This document shows, piece by piece, positions 30,608 through 54,125 of a stretch of 64,000 bases of DNA. The stretch comes from the human T2T-CHM13v2.0 reference genome, Homo sapiens, in the NCBI RefSeq assembly GCF_009914755.1, contig NC_060941.1. One strand, given 5' to 3'. The notes beneath the pieces are model-generated. The model saw only the letters and a list, made by a program, of their open reading frames with translations, had not been told where the DNA came from and did no database searches. Position numbers and translations under genes: made by a program. Numbering within the stretch: the first letter of the stretch is position 1; each line of letters begins with the position of its first letter.

Positions 30608-31809
30608 TTGGAGACAGTGCTTTTAAACCATTGCATCAGCTGTGTCCCCAAGTGCCAGCTCAGGCTGCTGATGACTCTCAATAGTTGCTCTCACACGTGC
30701 AAGCACATGTATGCTCTCATGGGAAGAAAATATGTGTTCATGCGGCCCATCCGAGAAAGACTAATAATATTTCAAACAGGCCTGCTGAAACCAGCCGCAG
30801 GACATCTGGTCATCTGCTTCAAGGATTCATGGTGTCTAAGACGGCTGTGTAGAAAGAGGACATGCGAGCCGTCCTCTGTGACTCCCAGTAAAATGCTCTT
30901 TGTAGTATCCAGAGTTGTTCTCTCATTTTCTTCCCTTCCTGTTCCAGTTGGTTCCCCCATGTACCCAGCCACCTGTATTCTACAAGGCAAAAGGTCAGTC
31001 ATACAAGTTGTTCAAGAAAAGGTTTATTTGCTTTAGGATGACCACAGCTGGAAAACTCTGTATATCAGAATGACCGAAGTCCTTTCTGTATTTGTGTGTG
31101 TTTAAGGTCAGCCATCTATCTGCCTGCCTTGAAAAGACTGGGAATATCCTTCTTGAAAAGCAACTGAATGCACGTGAGAAAAGCTCTTCCAGTTCTGAAC
31201 CATCAGAAGTTTCTGGCAGGCTTTTTATTATGTGCTAGGGTGGGGATTTGACTTTGTGTATATAGACTCTCGATTACTCAGGTTTTCAGACTGACACCTC
31301 AGTGCTCCTGAATTTAAAAACAAAACAAAACAAAACACAAGACAACGACATTCTGTTCCAGCTTGCCAGAACCCCGGCCCTGAGCTTCCTGTTTTTAGCC
31401 TTGTCCTGTTTTTTAGGCCTTTGAACTCTGACTCCCTGGCTTTGACCCTGGTGCTGGCTAAGGACTTTGAAACTTCTTGCCGCATCTGATGTTGTCCTGA
31501 CTTTTCTGTCAACCTAGGCCCTGCCGGCCTCACTCCCACCCCCATGTTTGCTTTGGCCTCTGCAAGCAAAGGTCTGGGCCTGACTACATTGTATGTTATT
31601 GATTCTGTCATCCCCAGGCTGGGAGCTCCTGGAGGAAGGAGTTTGATCATATTTAGCTGTAACCCCTGATAGCAAGGAGGGTGGAGAGAAATTCCTGGAT
31701 CAAGGAGCAGGGACTCACAGTCCAGGGAGGGACCAAAGCAGGTAGCACTGCCTCTGTGGAGGAGCAAGAGCAGCAAGCACATGGGGCTCCTCTGAGTCAA
31801 TGCCCGGGT

Positions 31810-34060
<2,251 letters not shown>

Positions 34061-34418
34061 TCAGTTTACCAGAATCCAATTCATTGGCCCGTTTTCAGCT
34101 TGACACTTCACTGCATTTATTTGTTTCTCTTAACCATCCGGTCTTAATTACCTGTCTTAACCATCCGGTCTTAATTACCTGGCTTTTGTTTTGTCTTCAC
34201 AACAGCGTTTTGGGAGAATGTTGAATCCAAGCGAGCTGAGTCAGCTGTCTGCTGTTAAGCTGGAGACAGAGGGGAAGATTGAATATAAATGGCCCCCAAC
34301 CTTGACAAAAGTCTCAAGAAATGTGGAGAAGCCCCTGAAAAAAACTGAGATTAAGCTTCTTTCACCCTAGCAGAAAAAAAAGCAGGAGGTTAGGAATCAA
34401 GCTGTCAAATAAGGGAGT

Positions 34419-34428
34419 TTTATTTATT
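34419..34428 (-). terminator. CCL16: CCL16 distal poly(A) signal (overlapping AATAAATAAA)
   Basis: tttatttatt on + strand ~1.04 kb after the stop; would give a long, Alu-containing 3'UTR. Confidence 0.75.
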
Positions 34429-34848
34429 GCATGTTTGGGTTTTGGACTAAGAGTTTACCCCTAGCCGTGTCTCATACCCTTTCTTTCCCTGTCCTGCAAA
34501 GCTTAACATGGGAGGTAGAGATTTGTGTCTCTTCTTCTTCTTCTTCTCTCTCTCTCTCTTTTTTTTTTTTTTCCAATCAGGCACTCTCTGTACCCCTGCC
34601 ACCCTGAGGAAGACAAAATATGAGAGGATCTAGCAAAGTCTCTGCAAAAATGATTAATGTGAATATTCCCATCCGGACTTCCTATGAAAAAGTTGCATTA
34701 TAAAATGAAAGAATAATTGAAGAAAATATAGATCCAGAAAAATCCATAAAGATGGACAGGAAAAATCAAGAGTTCTATGGGGCTCTTAATGGGTCAAGAC
34801 CCAGAGGGCAAAGATCATCTGGAAGGCTGGAAACTGGCTAAGTATTTA

Positions 34849-35265
<417 letters not shown>

Positions 35266-35343
35266 AAAGAGCGTACCTCTGCCCACGTCCCTTAACTTTG
35301 GTATTTCCTCCTAAGATTGAGAAAATATTCGAAATACTTCTCC

Positions 35344-35349
35344 TTTATT
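35344..35349 (-). terminator. CCL16: CCL16 proximal poly(A) signal AATAAA
   Basis: tttatt on + strand ~120 nt after the stop; consistent with a short CCL16 mRNA. Confidence 0.65.
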
Positions 35350-35469
35350 TTGATCATTGTTCTGCTTCTCTCAATGTGACTGGCTAGTTTCAGCCTAATA
35401 AGGCTTCCCCTGTTTTCATAGGTTTACCCCTCTCTTCTGTAAACAAGGGCTTCCACTAAAGCCTGGTCA

Positions 35470-39324
<3,855 letters not shown>

Positions 39325-39412
39325 CCTCTCAGCGAGGCAGTACAGCTTCAGGGAGAGCCGAATGAAGATGTTGTCTGTTGCTGGTGGTCCGCTTGCCAAC
39401 TACTCAGCTCTC

Positions 39413-39425
39413 TGGACCTTGACCG
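39413..39425 (-). promoter_or_regulatory. DR1/HNF4-like nuclear receptor element in the CCL16 proximal promoter
   Basis: Minus strand reads CGGTCA-A-GGTCCA, ~90 nt upstream of the ATG; CCL16 is liver-expressed. Function is inferred. Confidence 0.45.
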
Positions 39426-40814
39426 CATCAGAGCCGGTAGAGGAGGAGAAACAACAGGCCTCAGTGTTTGCTGAAACAGAGGGCAGCAGAGGATGGGACT
39501 TGGTGCAGAGCTGAATTCAGTAGAATCTGAATTCACGTGAAGAAATGGGCGAATGTGTGTCAGCTACCTTACATGCCCTATCTTATATAATCCTTAAAAT
39601 AGTGAAGTAGCGATTATTACTTCCCTGGGACTACTGAGGCCTAGAGGCTAAATAAATTGTCCAAGGTCACCTGGGTGGATAGGCGGATGAAAAACCAGAT
39701 CTGTTTGATTTCACCATGTTACCTGCCACCATCTGTATGTTGGGGAAGGGCAGGCAGGGTTGAACCACCCCAGCTTCCCCCAGGTGATCAGTCTTGGGGA
39801 GATGAGCACAAAGCAGGATTACAGAGCCCAGACTGAGGCAAAGGTAGGGCTTAGTTGCCTCTGAGAAGGAAATGCCCTCTCCCAGTCCAAGGCCACATGA
39901 TTGAGCTCACACTCTTTCCTGTCACAGTGTATGCTAATACTCCAAAAAAAAAAAAAACAATGTGCCTGATCCTTGGGTCCCCATTTGTTGCTGGACCGTT
40001 TGACTTATTTGTCAATGTTTTTATTTATCTCTTTGGACCTCGGACTTTGGACTGATTTTTAGGTGTAGCCAGCTCGCTGATCCCTCCTGGGTGCCCCCAT
40101 GGCCAACCATGACCAGCAGGGGACCCTCCAACTCTGTGCACCTGACAACCTGCGTCTGTGCTCCAGGACTCCAGCTTCTGCCCCTCTGGCCTGGGCTCTG
40201 GCTGGACCTGTCCCACAGCTTCCTCTCTCTTCAGGTGCCTCAGGACCCTTTTCCATGTTGAAAGCTGCATTTAGAGAAGAGATCAAAGATATAAGGGATT
40301 TTGCTGTTGATGGACAGCAAGCTTTAGAGGCATAGGTGATGTGTTTCAGGTGTTGAGGGCAGTGGGAGGCAGGGGCAGAAACAGGGACTGTGCAGATCCT
40401 TATGGGGCTTTCTGCTTGGCATGACTGCTCATAGATAGGTAAACCGTATAATGCAGTTACTCCTGGTGGGTTCAAGGCTTCACCTGGTGGTGAAGCTGTG
40501 GCTTTTTGTGAGGGCAGGGAGGGTACGTATGTGGGGCATCCTCTTGACCTCTGTTTATGGAGGTGACAAGGCCTGAGAAGCCTGGTTGTGACTTTGGCAT
40601 GCAGGCCCCCATATGGCCCTTAATGTGGCCCACAAGCCCTTCCTTATCTGTGGAAGGCTGGAGGCCAGGAAAGGGTGGTCATAATCCCTACTCTGGGCAA
40701 GCTCTTATTCCAAGTACACAGAGCTCCTCCTTGGGCCCTGAAGATAGGTTTGAGAGCTTATTCTTGGAGCATAGTCCTCCTCTTGATTTCTGTCTTATTC
40801 CATCTGTCCCTCTA

Positions 40815-41000
40815 TCCCTCCCTCCCTCTTTCTCTCCATCCATCCATCCATCCCTCCCTCCCTTCCTCCCTCCCTTCCTCCCTTCCTCCCTCCCTTCATC
40901 CCTCCCTGCTTCCCTCCCTCCATCCATTCCTCCTTCCCTTCATCCTTCCATCCACACATTCTTCCCTTCCTTCATCCATCCATCCATCCATCCATTTCCT
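40815..41000. repeat. (TCCC/TTCC/ATCC)n polypyrimidine low-complexity tract
   Basis: Direct inspection. Confidence 0.9.
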
Positions 41001-41576
41001 GAACACCTGGTATGGGCTAGGCTTTCTGCTAAGCCTTCTAGGGGATAAAAAAGTTAGTAAAACAATATAGTATAATCTGATGTGTGTAAGCGAAGGGGAG
41101 GGGTTGGATAAAATGTCTTCATGCATCATTCCTATTCCAGACAGCAGTGAAGAAAGGCCTTGAAAACAGCACAGAAAAAAGGACTATGGAGTTTGACTGC
41201 TATAGAGAGCCCTTTATGAAGTGTTACCTAAAAAATCAAATGATGATTTGTAGCTTTTACACTTGTCATGAAGCTTAAATAAGATAATGCATACAGACTG
41301 CCTAGCAGAGTGCTTGGAGTATAGAAAGCATTAAGAAAACGGGGTCTGCTACTGTTGTTGCTGAGGAGGAGACGGTCTTTACACTGCTTTTCTTTCTCAC
41401 TTTCTGCTTCTCACTACCTGCATTGCAGGCCTGACCTATTTTTTGTACCAGGCTCCAGCAAAACTTCTGCAGAGCGAGGCTTGATGCCGAGGGTGCCACA
41501 CCCTGGTGTCCTCAGTGCATGGCCAATGAGTAAATCCCGTAGAAAGGAATGAGGCCAGGGAAGAGCATGAGTGGTC

Positions 41577-41582
41577 TTTAAT
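41577..41582 (-). terminator. CCL14: CCL14 poly(A) signal ATTAAA
   Basis: tttaat on + strand ~125 nt after the stop. Confidence 0.65.
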
Positions 41583-41704
41583 TCAAAGCAGGGAAGCTCC
41601 AAGAGGGTGACTGGGGCTGAGAGTTAGCGGTGGGTGGAGGAGGGGGCCTTGGCATCTTCTCTTTATGTCTCTGAGCTGTGCCTTCGCCACCCCTTCTGGG
41701 TCAC

Positions 41705-41792
41705 TCAGTTCTCCTTCATGTCCTTGATATAGTCCTGGACCCACTTGTCACTGGGGTTGGTACAGACGGAATGGCCCCTTTTGGTGATGAAG
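41705..41792 (-). CDS. CCL14: CCL14 last exon coding part
   Basis: ccacag|CTTCATC ... AAC TGA. Confidence 0.97.
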
Positions 41793-44553
41793 CTGTGGAG
41801 CAAGAGGGAGAAGGATCACAAACCGAGGGGCCCAGTGGCCGGAAGAGACAGCCCATCTTCCCTCCCTCCTAAATTCCCCACCTGACCTATACTGCTTTTC
41901 CTTTCTTCCACAGAGGCAGCTTAGAGCCAGTCTCCTCTCTGAGACATACTCTTCGGTTCCTAGGACCCCTAGACCCATCTAGTCTCTGTGTCCCCCTGAG
42001 GAAGTGCCCTCTTGCCTTCTTCTCCCTTCTCTGTCATCTCCCCATCCATGGGGTCAGTTTCCCCATGGCTCCTGCAGGCTCCAGCCAGAAAGCGCTCAGA
42101 TTGCCCCTCAGCTGCCTCTCCCCATGTAGTCACACCTGGGAGGTACGCTGGGGGTCCCCATTCCACCACCACTCCCTGCTTCCCTCCAGGAGGCCCTGCT
42201 GGCTCCCTCTCCCCCCAGTGTGATGTGTGTGTACCACCTACACAATTCCGGGCTTGGAGCACTGGCTGTTGGTCTCATAGTAATCCATAATCCGCTGACG
42301 CGGGATCTTGTAGGTAGTGTAGGTGAAGCAGCACTCTGAGGGGTGGTAAGGTCCCCCTGAGGAGAGAGCATCAGATGCTGAGGAGGGGCCCCTTGTTAAA
42401 GGCCATACCATTGGCTGCTCCTGCAAGCTGAGGGCATGGAGGAGGGAAGGAAGGAGGAGACAGCCCCTCAGAACTTGGAGGGGAGAGTAGGCTTTCCTCA
42501 TCTTCTCTTCTCCTTCTCCATGGTACTCCTGGGCTCTTCTTTTTCTCCTCCCTCATCATCAATCACCCTTCCTCCTTTTCTTCAACCCCTCTTGGAAAGA
42601 CTGGTGGATGACTTTCAACTCCAGGATTGAAGAGCAGCACACTCAGATCTTCTTACACCATCTCTGGGGGCCGACTGGCAGAGAAGGCTAGGGACTTGGC
42701 CAATATCATGCAGCCTTCATGCCTTATTCGGGAAAGGTGCTCCAAATAGGAGGAATATTTGGAAGAAATCCCAATAGGGATTTGGAGACATGCCATTTGG
42801 GAATGCAAACCCAGCCCCTCCTAGTGCTCCACCCTGCCCATGTCCCCATTGAACCGACAACCTGCAGAGAGAGCAGGATGCCCACAGCAAGCCCCAAGGA
42901 CAAAGGCCACAGAGTCAGGGCACCCAAATCCTAACCTAACCTTGCCTGTGCTTCCTGTGTACTGTGGCCATTTTACTTTCCCCCTGTTCCCTCCTCTGTA
43001 AATGAGGCCCTTGGACTGCATCAGTGGTTTTTACACTGAGCTCCCTGGAGCTCTGGGGGCCTCAGGGACTATTGTGGAGGCCTTGCTGCATTTGAGAGTG
43101 GTGTCTTGTACCCTACTCAACCCATTTTTTCTGTTTTACATATTGGGCCTCTGTGGAAGATATTGCTTGAAGAAAAGGTTTTGTGGTCTAAAAAGTTTTA
43201 AAAATCACTGGATTGGGTGATTTTTTCATCTATTTTCTGATTGAGAAGTTTCATGGCTTTTATAGGAGAAGCAAGGTGACAGCAGCCACCCCAAGCTTGA
43301 ATTATAGAGGTAGCAGGAAGGACATTGTAGGCCAAGAGCCCTGTACAAACAGGCACATGTTGTGGTTATGGAGTGGAGAAATCAGGTGTGTGCATGTTAT
43401 GTGACCCTGCTTCATAGAATCATGGATGTGCATCACAATGGCCTCAGAGGTCACTGAGGGTGGCCAGATGTCTGGGTGGAAGGGTCTCATCCTGTTTTCC
43501 AGCTCCATTCCAGGCAGCATCCTCACGATCCAAAGAACGGCATAAGGGGCCCCTGTTTCCTGAGACCCAGTCAGAGCTCCTATACTCTCCCACCTTGTTC
43601 CTCTGAGCTGACAAATGACATCGGAGAGGGCAAGTCAAACTGTGCACATACCCACCAACTTTAGCTGTATTTTAACAACCTTCGGTTTCCCCCCAGTTTC
43701 TGAAAAGGAGAGTAGGTAAAATGGAAGAGTGATAAATAGTTTTGGTTATCTCTAAAGGCAGCTTATTCTAAGAAATCAGCTGAGAAAAGGGGGCCTAGGA
43801 TGGACCCCACACTGTCGTGTTTCCCCCCAGCCCATACCCAAGCAATGCTGCACTCACTGGGCACAGGTGACGCTGGAAGCAGGCTGGGCCCAAACCTCAG
43901 GAGGCCAATAGAAAAATGCCCTTGAGGGGCTCAAGACACTGCTCCTAATCTCCCTGAGGAAATATACCCCAAATGGGGTGGGCCACTCTTTTGCTTAGCG
44001 GCAAAGAGAGAGAAATTGAGGGAGTAGAGAGGCAGGCTGGTCTCACTCCATGTCCTTGAGGGCAAGGGGGGACTGGTCCTGGGGGGCAATGATAAGAGAT
44101 CAAGGCCATGTGAGGCCTGGAGATTCAGGATCTGTTTATTTGGAGACTAGAGGGCATTTGGGGTAGTGGAATGAAGCCTGGAGTCTCCCAAGTCAAGTCT
44201 CATTGGTCAAGGCTGGAAGATCCCAACTTAAACTCTTAAGCAGAACCTACAGTCCTAAGTCTCATCTCCATCCTGCTCACCACACCATGGGGTGAAGTGC
44301 TGTGGTGCTCAGTAGATAATTCATTTATATAATGTTGCTATACACACAATTTCAAGAAGATACCAGCCCTCCTTTCTGAGTCCCTGCTCCTGGTCTTCCC
44401 CTGAGCCCCAACCTCACTCCTGCTTATTTCCCTGCAGGCTCTAGGTTGGAAGGAAGACAAGGCATTGCACTCACGTGAGGAGGATTCAGTCTTGGTCCCT
44501 AGGGCGATGGTGATGAGGAGGAAGAAGGGAATGGCAGCCACGGAGATCTTCAT
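41705..44553 (-). CDS. CCL14: C-C motif chemokine 14 (HCC-1); complement(join(41705..41792,42242..42356,44475..44553)); 93 aa
   Basis: 79+115+88=282 nt gives MKISVAAIPFFLLITIALGTKTESSSRGPYHPSECCFTYTTYKIPRQRIMDYYETNSQCSKPGIVFITKRGHSVCTNPSDKWVQDYIKDMKEN*; GT-AG introns. Confidence 0.98.
42242..42356 (-). CDS. CCL14: CCL14 exon 2 (CC motif)
   Basis: ctcctcag|GGGGAC ... ATTGT|gtaggt. Confidence 0.97.
43652..43699 (-). CDS. CCL14: CCL14 alternative 48-nt cassette exon (HCC-3 isoform, 109 aa)
   Basis: Acceptor ccttttcag|AAACTGG, donor GGTGG|gtatgt; phase 1-1; yields QTGGKPKVVKIQLKLVG, matching the HCC-3 insertion as recalled. Confidence 0.9.
44475..44553 (-). CDS. CCL14: CCL14 coding exon 1
   Basis: ATG at 44553; donor TCAC|gtgagt. 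Confidence 0.97.
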
Positions 44554-44649
44554 GCTGTGGGAAGCTGTTGTGGGAGGAGAGCTGGCCTGGTGGGAGCTTC
44601 AGAGGCTCCTGCGGTGAGGAATTGTTGAGAAATGATCATTGAGGCCAAA

Positions 44650-44660
44650 TATTTTTTAAA
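44650..44660 (-). promoter_or_regulatory. TATA-like AT element of the CCL14 promoter
   Basis: TTTAAAAAATA ~100 nt upstream of the ATG, at a position analogous to the CCL15 TATA box. Confidence 0.45.
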
Positions 44661-47494
44661 ATAAGGGAGCTGAGACTTGGAAGGGAAGTAGGAAAGCAGT
44701 GATGCCTCAGCAATTTCATATCCTGCACATGTGTTGTTGGTGGCCTGAAGGAAGCAGGGAGAGCCAAGGTTTAAGGGAGGAAATGGTCTTCCATCCCCAG
44801 TGGGAAGAAGTTCAACTCTTTTGATAGAAGCCTTTCCCTAGGCATGAACATGAGCACAGGGCTGGGGGCACTGTGTCACACTTAGCAAAAGATCTCAAGG
44901 CTGGATGTGTCCTGTATCCAATTCCATCTCAGGCCTTAGAACAGGCCACGTGGGGCCTGGACATTCAGGATCTGTTCATCTAGAGACTAGAGGGTGTTTG
45001 GGGTAATGGAATGAGGCCAGGACTCCTCCAAGTCAGGTCTCATTGGTCAAGGGAAATCCTAACTTAAACTCGAAGCAGAACCTGCAGTTCTCTGTCTCAT
45101 CTCCATTCTGGTCACCACACCATGGAGTGAAGAAGTGCTGTGGTGCTCAGTAGATAATTCACTTATATAATGGTTGCTATACACACAAGCCACTGTCCCA
45201 GTTGCCTTATGAATATTAGCCTATTTAATCTTTAGAACAGCAGTTGAGGAAACAGGCTCAGAATCAAAGCCTAAGCTTTTGACAGTTGGTAAATGGAACT
45301 GGGGTTCAAATTCAGGTGGTTTGGCTTCCAAGTCTGTGTTCTCACCCATTATGCCATAAAGAAACATGGGACTCCCAACGGAGCTCTGTAAAAGCTTATG
45401 GGTTTTCTATAAAGCCTTTAGTCTTAGTCCTTTCTGAAATCAGATAGTGGATCTCTTTGGGACCTTCTCCTGGTTTCTCTGACTTTTGCTGCAAAGAAGC
45501 TTGGTGGGAACCCTAGAAAATGTCTAATTCAGGGATAGCTAGTAGGTTTCATTGATTAGTGGTGGACTGGAGCTCTGTGTTGGAAATGATTCTGAGGCCA
45601 TATCCAGGCACATTGGGAAGATACGCTGTGACCAACGTGCAGTTTCTGTTGCAGTGCAGCTTGCATGCTATGTATCTGCCATTTGATTTGTCTAAACTGG
45701 CCATTTACTGAATGGAAGCTGGGAATCAGAAAGGACCAGTGACTTTCTCATGTGCACACAGTGATTTGGATGCAGGACAGATCTCATCTCCGCAGGCTCT
45801 CAGCTTAGTGCCCTCACCATGCTGTTCTTGGAGGTACATCCCCCATTCTGCTTGCTGATGTGGTTAGATGGTTATTTAATCTCCTCTCCTCATCTGAATC
45901 ATCAGGATGGAGAACATCTATTATTTATCTTTGCCCATTCACGCAGAACCTAGTGTATACCAGGTGCTTTATGAATATACATTTTAAAAGAAGGATGAAT
46001 AAACAAATTGAGCCAGGTCTACATATGTGTATCTTATAGGAAATGGCTGAAATCTCATGGTTAGTTGTGGAGACAGTCATCAATTAAAAATTTTCTATAT
46101 TTCTTATCATCAATAACAACATTATGTAAACCCTTCAAGTTAAATGATAATAATTGTTATCAGGAACAATCTCAGGAAACAAGTTGTTTATAGGAAAAGT
46201 GAGTTGGAAAGAAATAATGCTTACTTCTTGTTTTTGTGGAAACTAGCCAACCTGCCAAGTTGTTTCTAGGAGACTTACAGGAAGTTCCTGTACTTTTCCA
46301 GCAAGTATTGAGTTCCTACCTACATTAGTCTGTGTGTGCCAACTGCTATCATAAACAATCCAGCAGACTAATTAAATAAAAGTTTATTTCTTGCTCATGT
46401 TACAGTCCAGTGTGGGTCAGTAGTGGGATGATGGTGTGTGTGTTGGGATCCTCCATGTACTCATTCAGGAACCAGGCCTTTTTCTACCTTGGATGCCACC
46501 ATTTTCAGCACAAGGCCTCCAAGCTTGATACAAAAAGGGAGAAGCAGAGGAGGATTGGGAGATTTTTGTGGATCAGTTCTGAAAATGGTACAAATTACTT
46601 TCACCCACATTCCATGGCCAGCATCAAGTAACCTGGCTCCAACATAATGACAAAGGGATGGAAAATATACATCATCTGTATGCTTAGGAAGAAAAAGGAA
46701 TAGGTTTTGTGACCACATCACTTCTTTGACACAGTATCATATGCCAAGTCCTGGGCTAGGCTTGGAGGGAGGGATTGAAGATGACCCTGATCCCAGAGGT
46801 CTCAGAACTCAAAGAGGGACTAAAAAAAGTAAAGGAGAATTGCAATACAACCAGATGAATGAAATTTGATGGCAACATAATTAGAGACCTTAAATGTCCT
46901 CCTGTTGCCCCCTGTTGAGTATGAAGAGCCTATTTTAAAAATATTTAAAATGTTTTTCAAAGCAACACATACATATATTGGTTTAAAAAACTGAATAGTA
47001 CAGGAAGGATCTGTAGGACATAAACCTTCTGAGTTCATGCTTGCCTGAAGAAGTCATTATTTAGCCTTCATACTTGATTGATATTTTTGTTGGGTATAGA
47101 ATTCTACAATGGAATATAAGAATATGTTTCTTCTGAAACTCATTTGTGGTGATCTGGTGTTTCCCCTCTCTAGAAAATTTTAGGGTTTATTCTTTAATCT
47201 TGTTTTCTTACTTTTTGGCACAAATAGATGTTCCAGACTCATCTTGTACTTTCCTTGGCCCAGCTCTGGAATTAGCCATTTCTTCCATGAGTCTCAGTTT
47301 CTTTTACTGAAAAATGATTTTGAGAAACCAAAATCTGAGTGCTTGGTGTGTTCATTGCTATGGGAATGGCATCACTTTTAGATCTGAGCTTTTAGTGGCT
47401 AGAACCTGGAAATATATGTAAGCATATGTGTATAAGTATGTATTTAAATTTATGTCTATTTCAAGTATATCTATTTCATATATTATTAGCAATT

Positions 47495-51795
<4,301 letters not shown>

Positions 51796-52214
51796 TCAGC
51801 TTGATGGCAGATCACAAGAAGGCTGAAAAAACATGTATCCTCATATAGGTCAAGGAGAAGATCATAGAAAAAGAGGATTTTCCCAGCAGAACCCTGGATA
51901 ATGTGAAGATCAGAGTCAGTGGGTACTGGGAGAAGACATTTGCATTGAGTGAATAAGCTATGACCTTGCTAGTTCCCATTCAGGATAGTCAGGTAGGGCA
52001 TTTGCCCCAGGATAAAGCTACAAGCACAGTTTTCAAAATAAAAAAGGATATTTGCTGTGGGAACCTCTTGGAGGGGACAGTGGACCAGAGAGAGAATTGG
52101 GCAGTGCCCTGGATAACTTCTGGTCAAGGACAAGAAAACTACTCCCATCCCTATCCCCTTACTCTGTCTGCCAGACATTAAGCTGACAACCTCACCAATG
52201 ATATGAAAGTCCTA

Positions 52215-54125
52215 AAGCCTCTGCCAAAAGTCTCCTGGAACTGATAAACAACTTCAGTAAAGTTTCAGGACACAAAATCAATGTGCAAAAACCAGTAGCA
52301 TTTTTATACACCAATAGCATTCAAGCTGAGTGCCAAATCAAGAATGCAATCTCATTTACAATAGCCACACACACACACACACACACACACAAACGTAGTA
52401 ATACATGTAACCAAGGAGGTGAAAGATCTCTACAATGAAAATTACAAAACACTGCTGAAAGAAATCATAGATGACATGAACAAATGGAAAAACATTCCAT
52501 GCTCATGGACTGGAAGAATCAATATCATTATAATGGCTGTATTGTCCAGGCAATCTACAGATTCAATGCTGTTTCTATCAAACTACCAATGTCATTTTTC
52601 ATAGAACTAGAAAAACTATTCTAAAATTCATATGGAACCAATAAAAAGAGTCCAAATGGTCAAATCAATCCTAAACAAAAAGCAAAGCTAGAGGAATCAT
52701 ATTACCAGACTTCAAAGTATACTATAAGGCTACAGTAAACAAAACAGCATGGTATTGGTACAAAAACAGATACATAGACCAGTAGAACAGAATAGAAAAT
52801 CCAGAAATAAAGCTGCACACCTACAGTCATCTGATCTTTGACAGAGTCAACAAAAATAAGCAAAGGGGTAAGGATTCCCTGTTCAATAAATGGTGCTGGG
52901 ATAGCTGGCTAGCCATGTGCATAAGAATGAAACTGGACCCCTATTTTTCACCATATACATAAAATAACTCAAGATGGATTCAAAATTCAAATATAAGACC
53001 TTAAACTATAAGAACCTTAGAAGAAAACCTAGGAAACACCATTCTGGACATTGGCCTTGGCAAATAATTTATGACTAAATCCCCACAAGCAATTGCAATA
53101 AAAACAAAAATTGACAAGTGCTCAAGTAAACTCAAGAGCTTCTGTACAGCAAAAGAAACTCATCAACAGAGTAAACAGAAAACCTACAGAATGGGAAAAA
53201 ATATTTGCAAACTATGCATCCAGCAAAGGTCTAATATCCAGAATCTGTAAGTGCCTTAAACAGTTGAACAGCCAAAAACAACCCCATTAAAAAATAGGCA
53301 AAAGACATGAACATACGTTCCTCAAAAGAAGACATATAAGCAGCCAACAAACACATGAAAAAATGCTCAATATCACTAATCATCAGAGAAATGCAAATCA
53401 AACCCAAAATGAGTTACTGTCTCACACCAGTCAGAATGGCTATTAGTAAAAAGTCAAAAAAATAACATGCTGGTGATGCTGTAGAGAAAAAGGGAACAGA
53501 TATACACTGTTGGTGGGAATGTAAATTAGTTCAGCCACTGTGAAAAGCAGTTTGGTGATTTCTCAAATAACTTAAAACAGAACTACCATTCAACCCAGCA
53601 ATCCCATTACTGGATATATATTAATAAAAATCATTGTACAGAAAAAGACACAAGCCCTCGTATGTTCATCAGAGCACTATTCACAATAGCAAAGACATGG
53701 AATCAACCTAGGCGCCCATCAGTGTCGACTGGATAAGAAAATGTGGTACAGATACACCATGAGCTACTTCTTATGTAGCCATAAAAAGAATGAAATCATG
53801 TCCTTTGGAGCAACATGGATAAAGTTGGAGGCCATTATCTTAACTGAATTAATGCAGGAACAGAAAACCAAATACCACATGTTTTCACTTGTAAGTGGGA
53901 GCTAAACATTGGTTACACATGGACATAAAGATGGCAACAATAGGCGCTGGGGACTACTACAGGAGGGAGGGAGGGAAGGGGGCAACGGTTGAAAAACTAT
54001 TGGGTGCTATGCTCAGTACCTGGGTGATGGGATCAGTTGTACCCCAAACTTCATGCAATATGCCCAGGCAACAAACCTGCACGCGTAACCCCTGAATCCA
54101 AAATAAAAGTTGAAATTATAAAAAT
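52215..54125 (+). mobile_element. 5'-truncated L1PA/PB (ORF2 3' half + 3'UTR)
   Basis: [35 protein letters not shown]; 3'UTR ending aaataaaagttgaaatt plus an A-rich tail. Confidence 0.9.

Larger units (their letters stand above)
44103..45188 (+). repeat. ~247-bp dispersed direct repeat (44103-44349 and 44943-45188)
   Basis: Colinear, roughly 80-85% identical by eye; offset ~840 bp. Confidence 0.9.

Noticed and set aside
39325-39399. In-frame 25-codon N-terminal extension of CCL16
   Set aside because: It begins at a TTG near the presumed TSS; the ATG at 39324 has good context and directly starts a normal signal peptide.
40557-41129. Pro/Ser-rich and Gly/Arg-rich ORFs
   Set aside because: Translations of the (TCCC/ATCC)n simple repeat.
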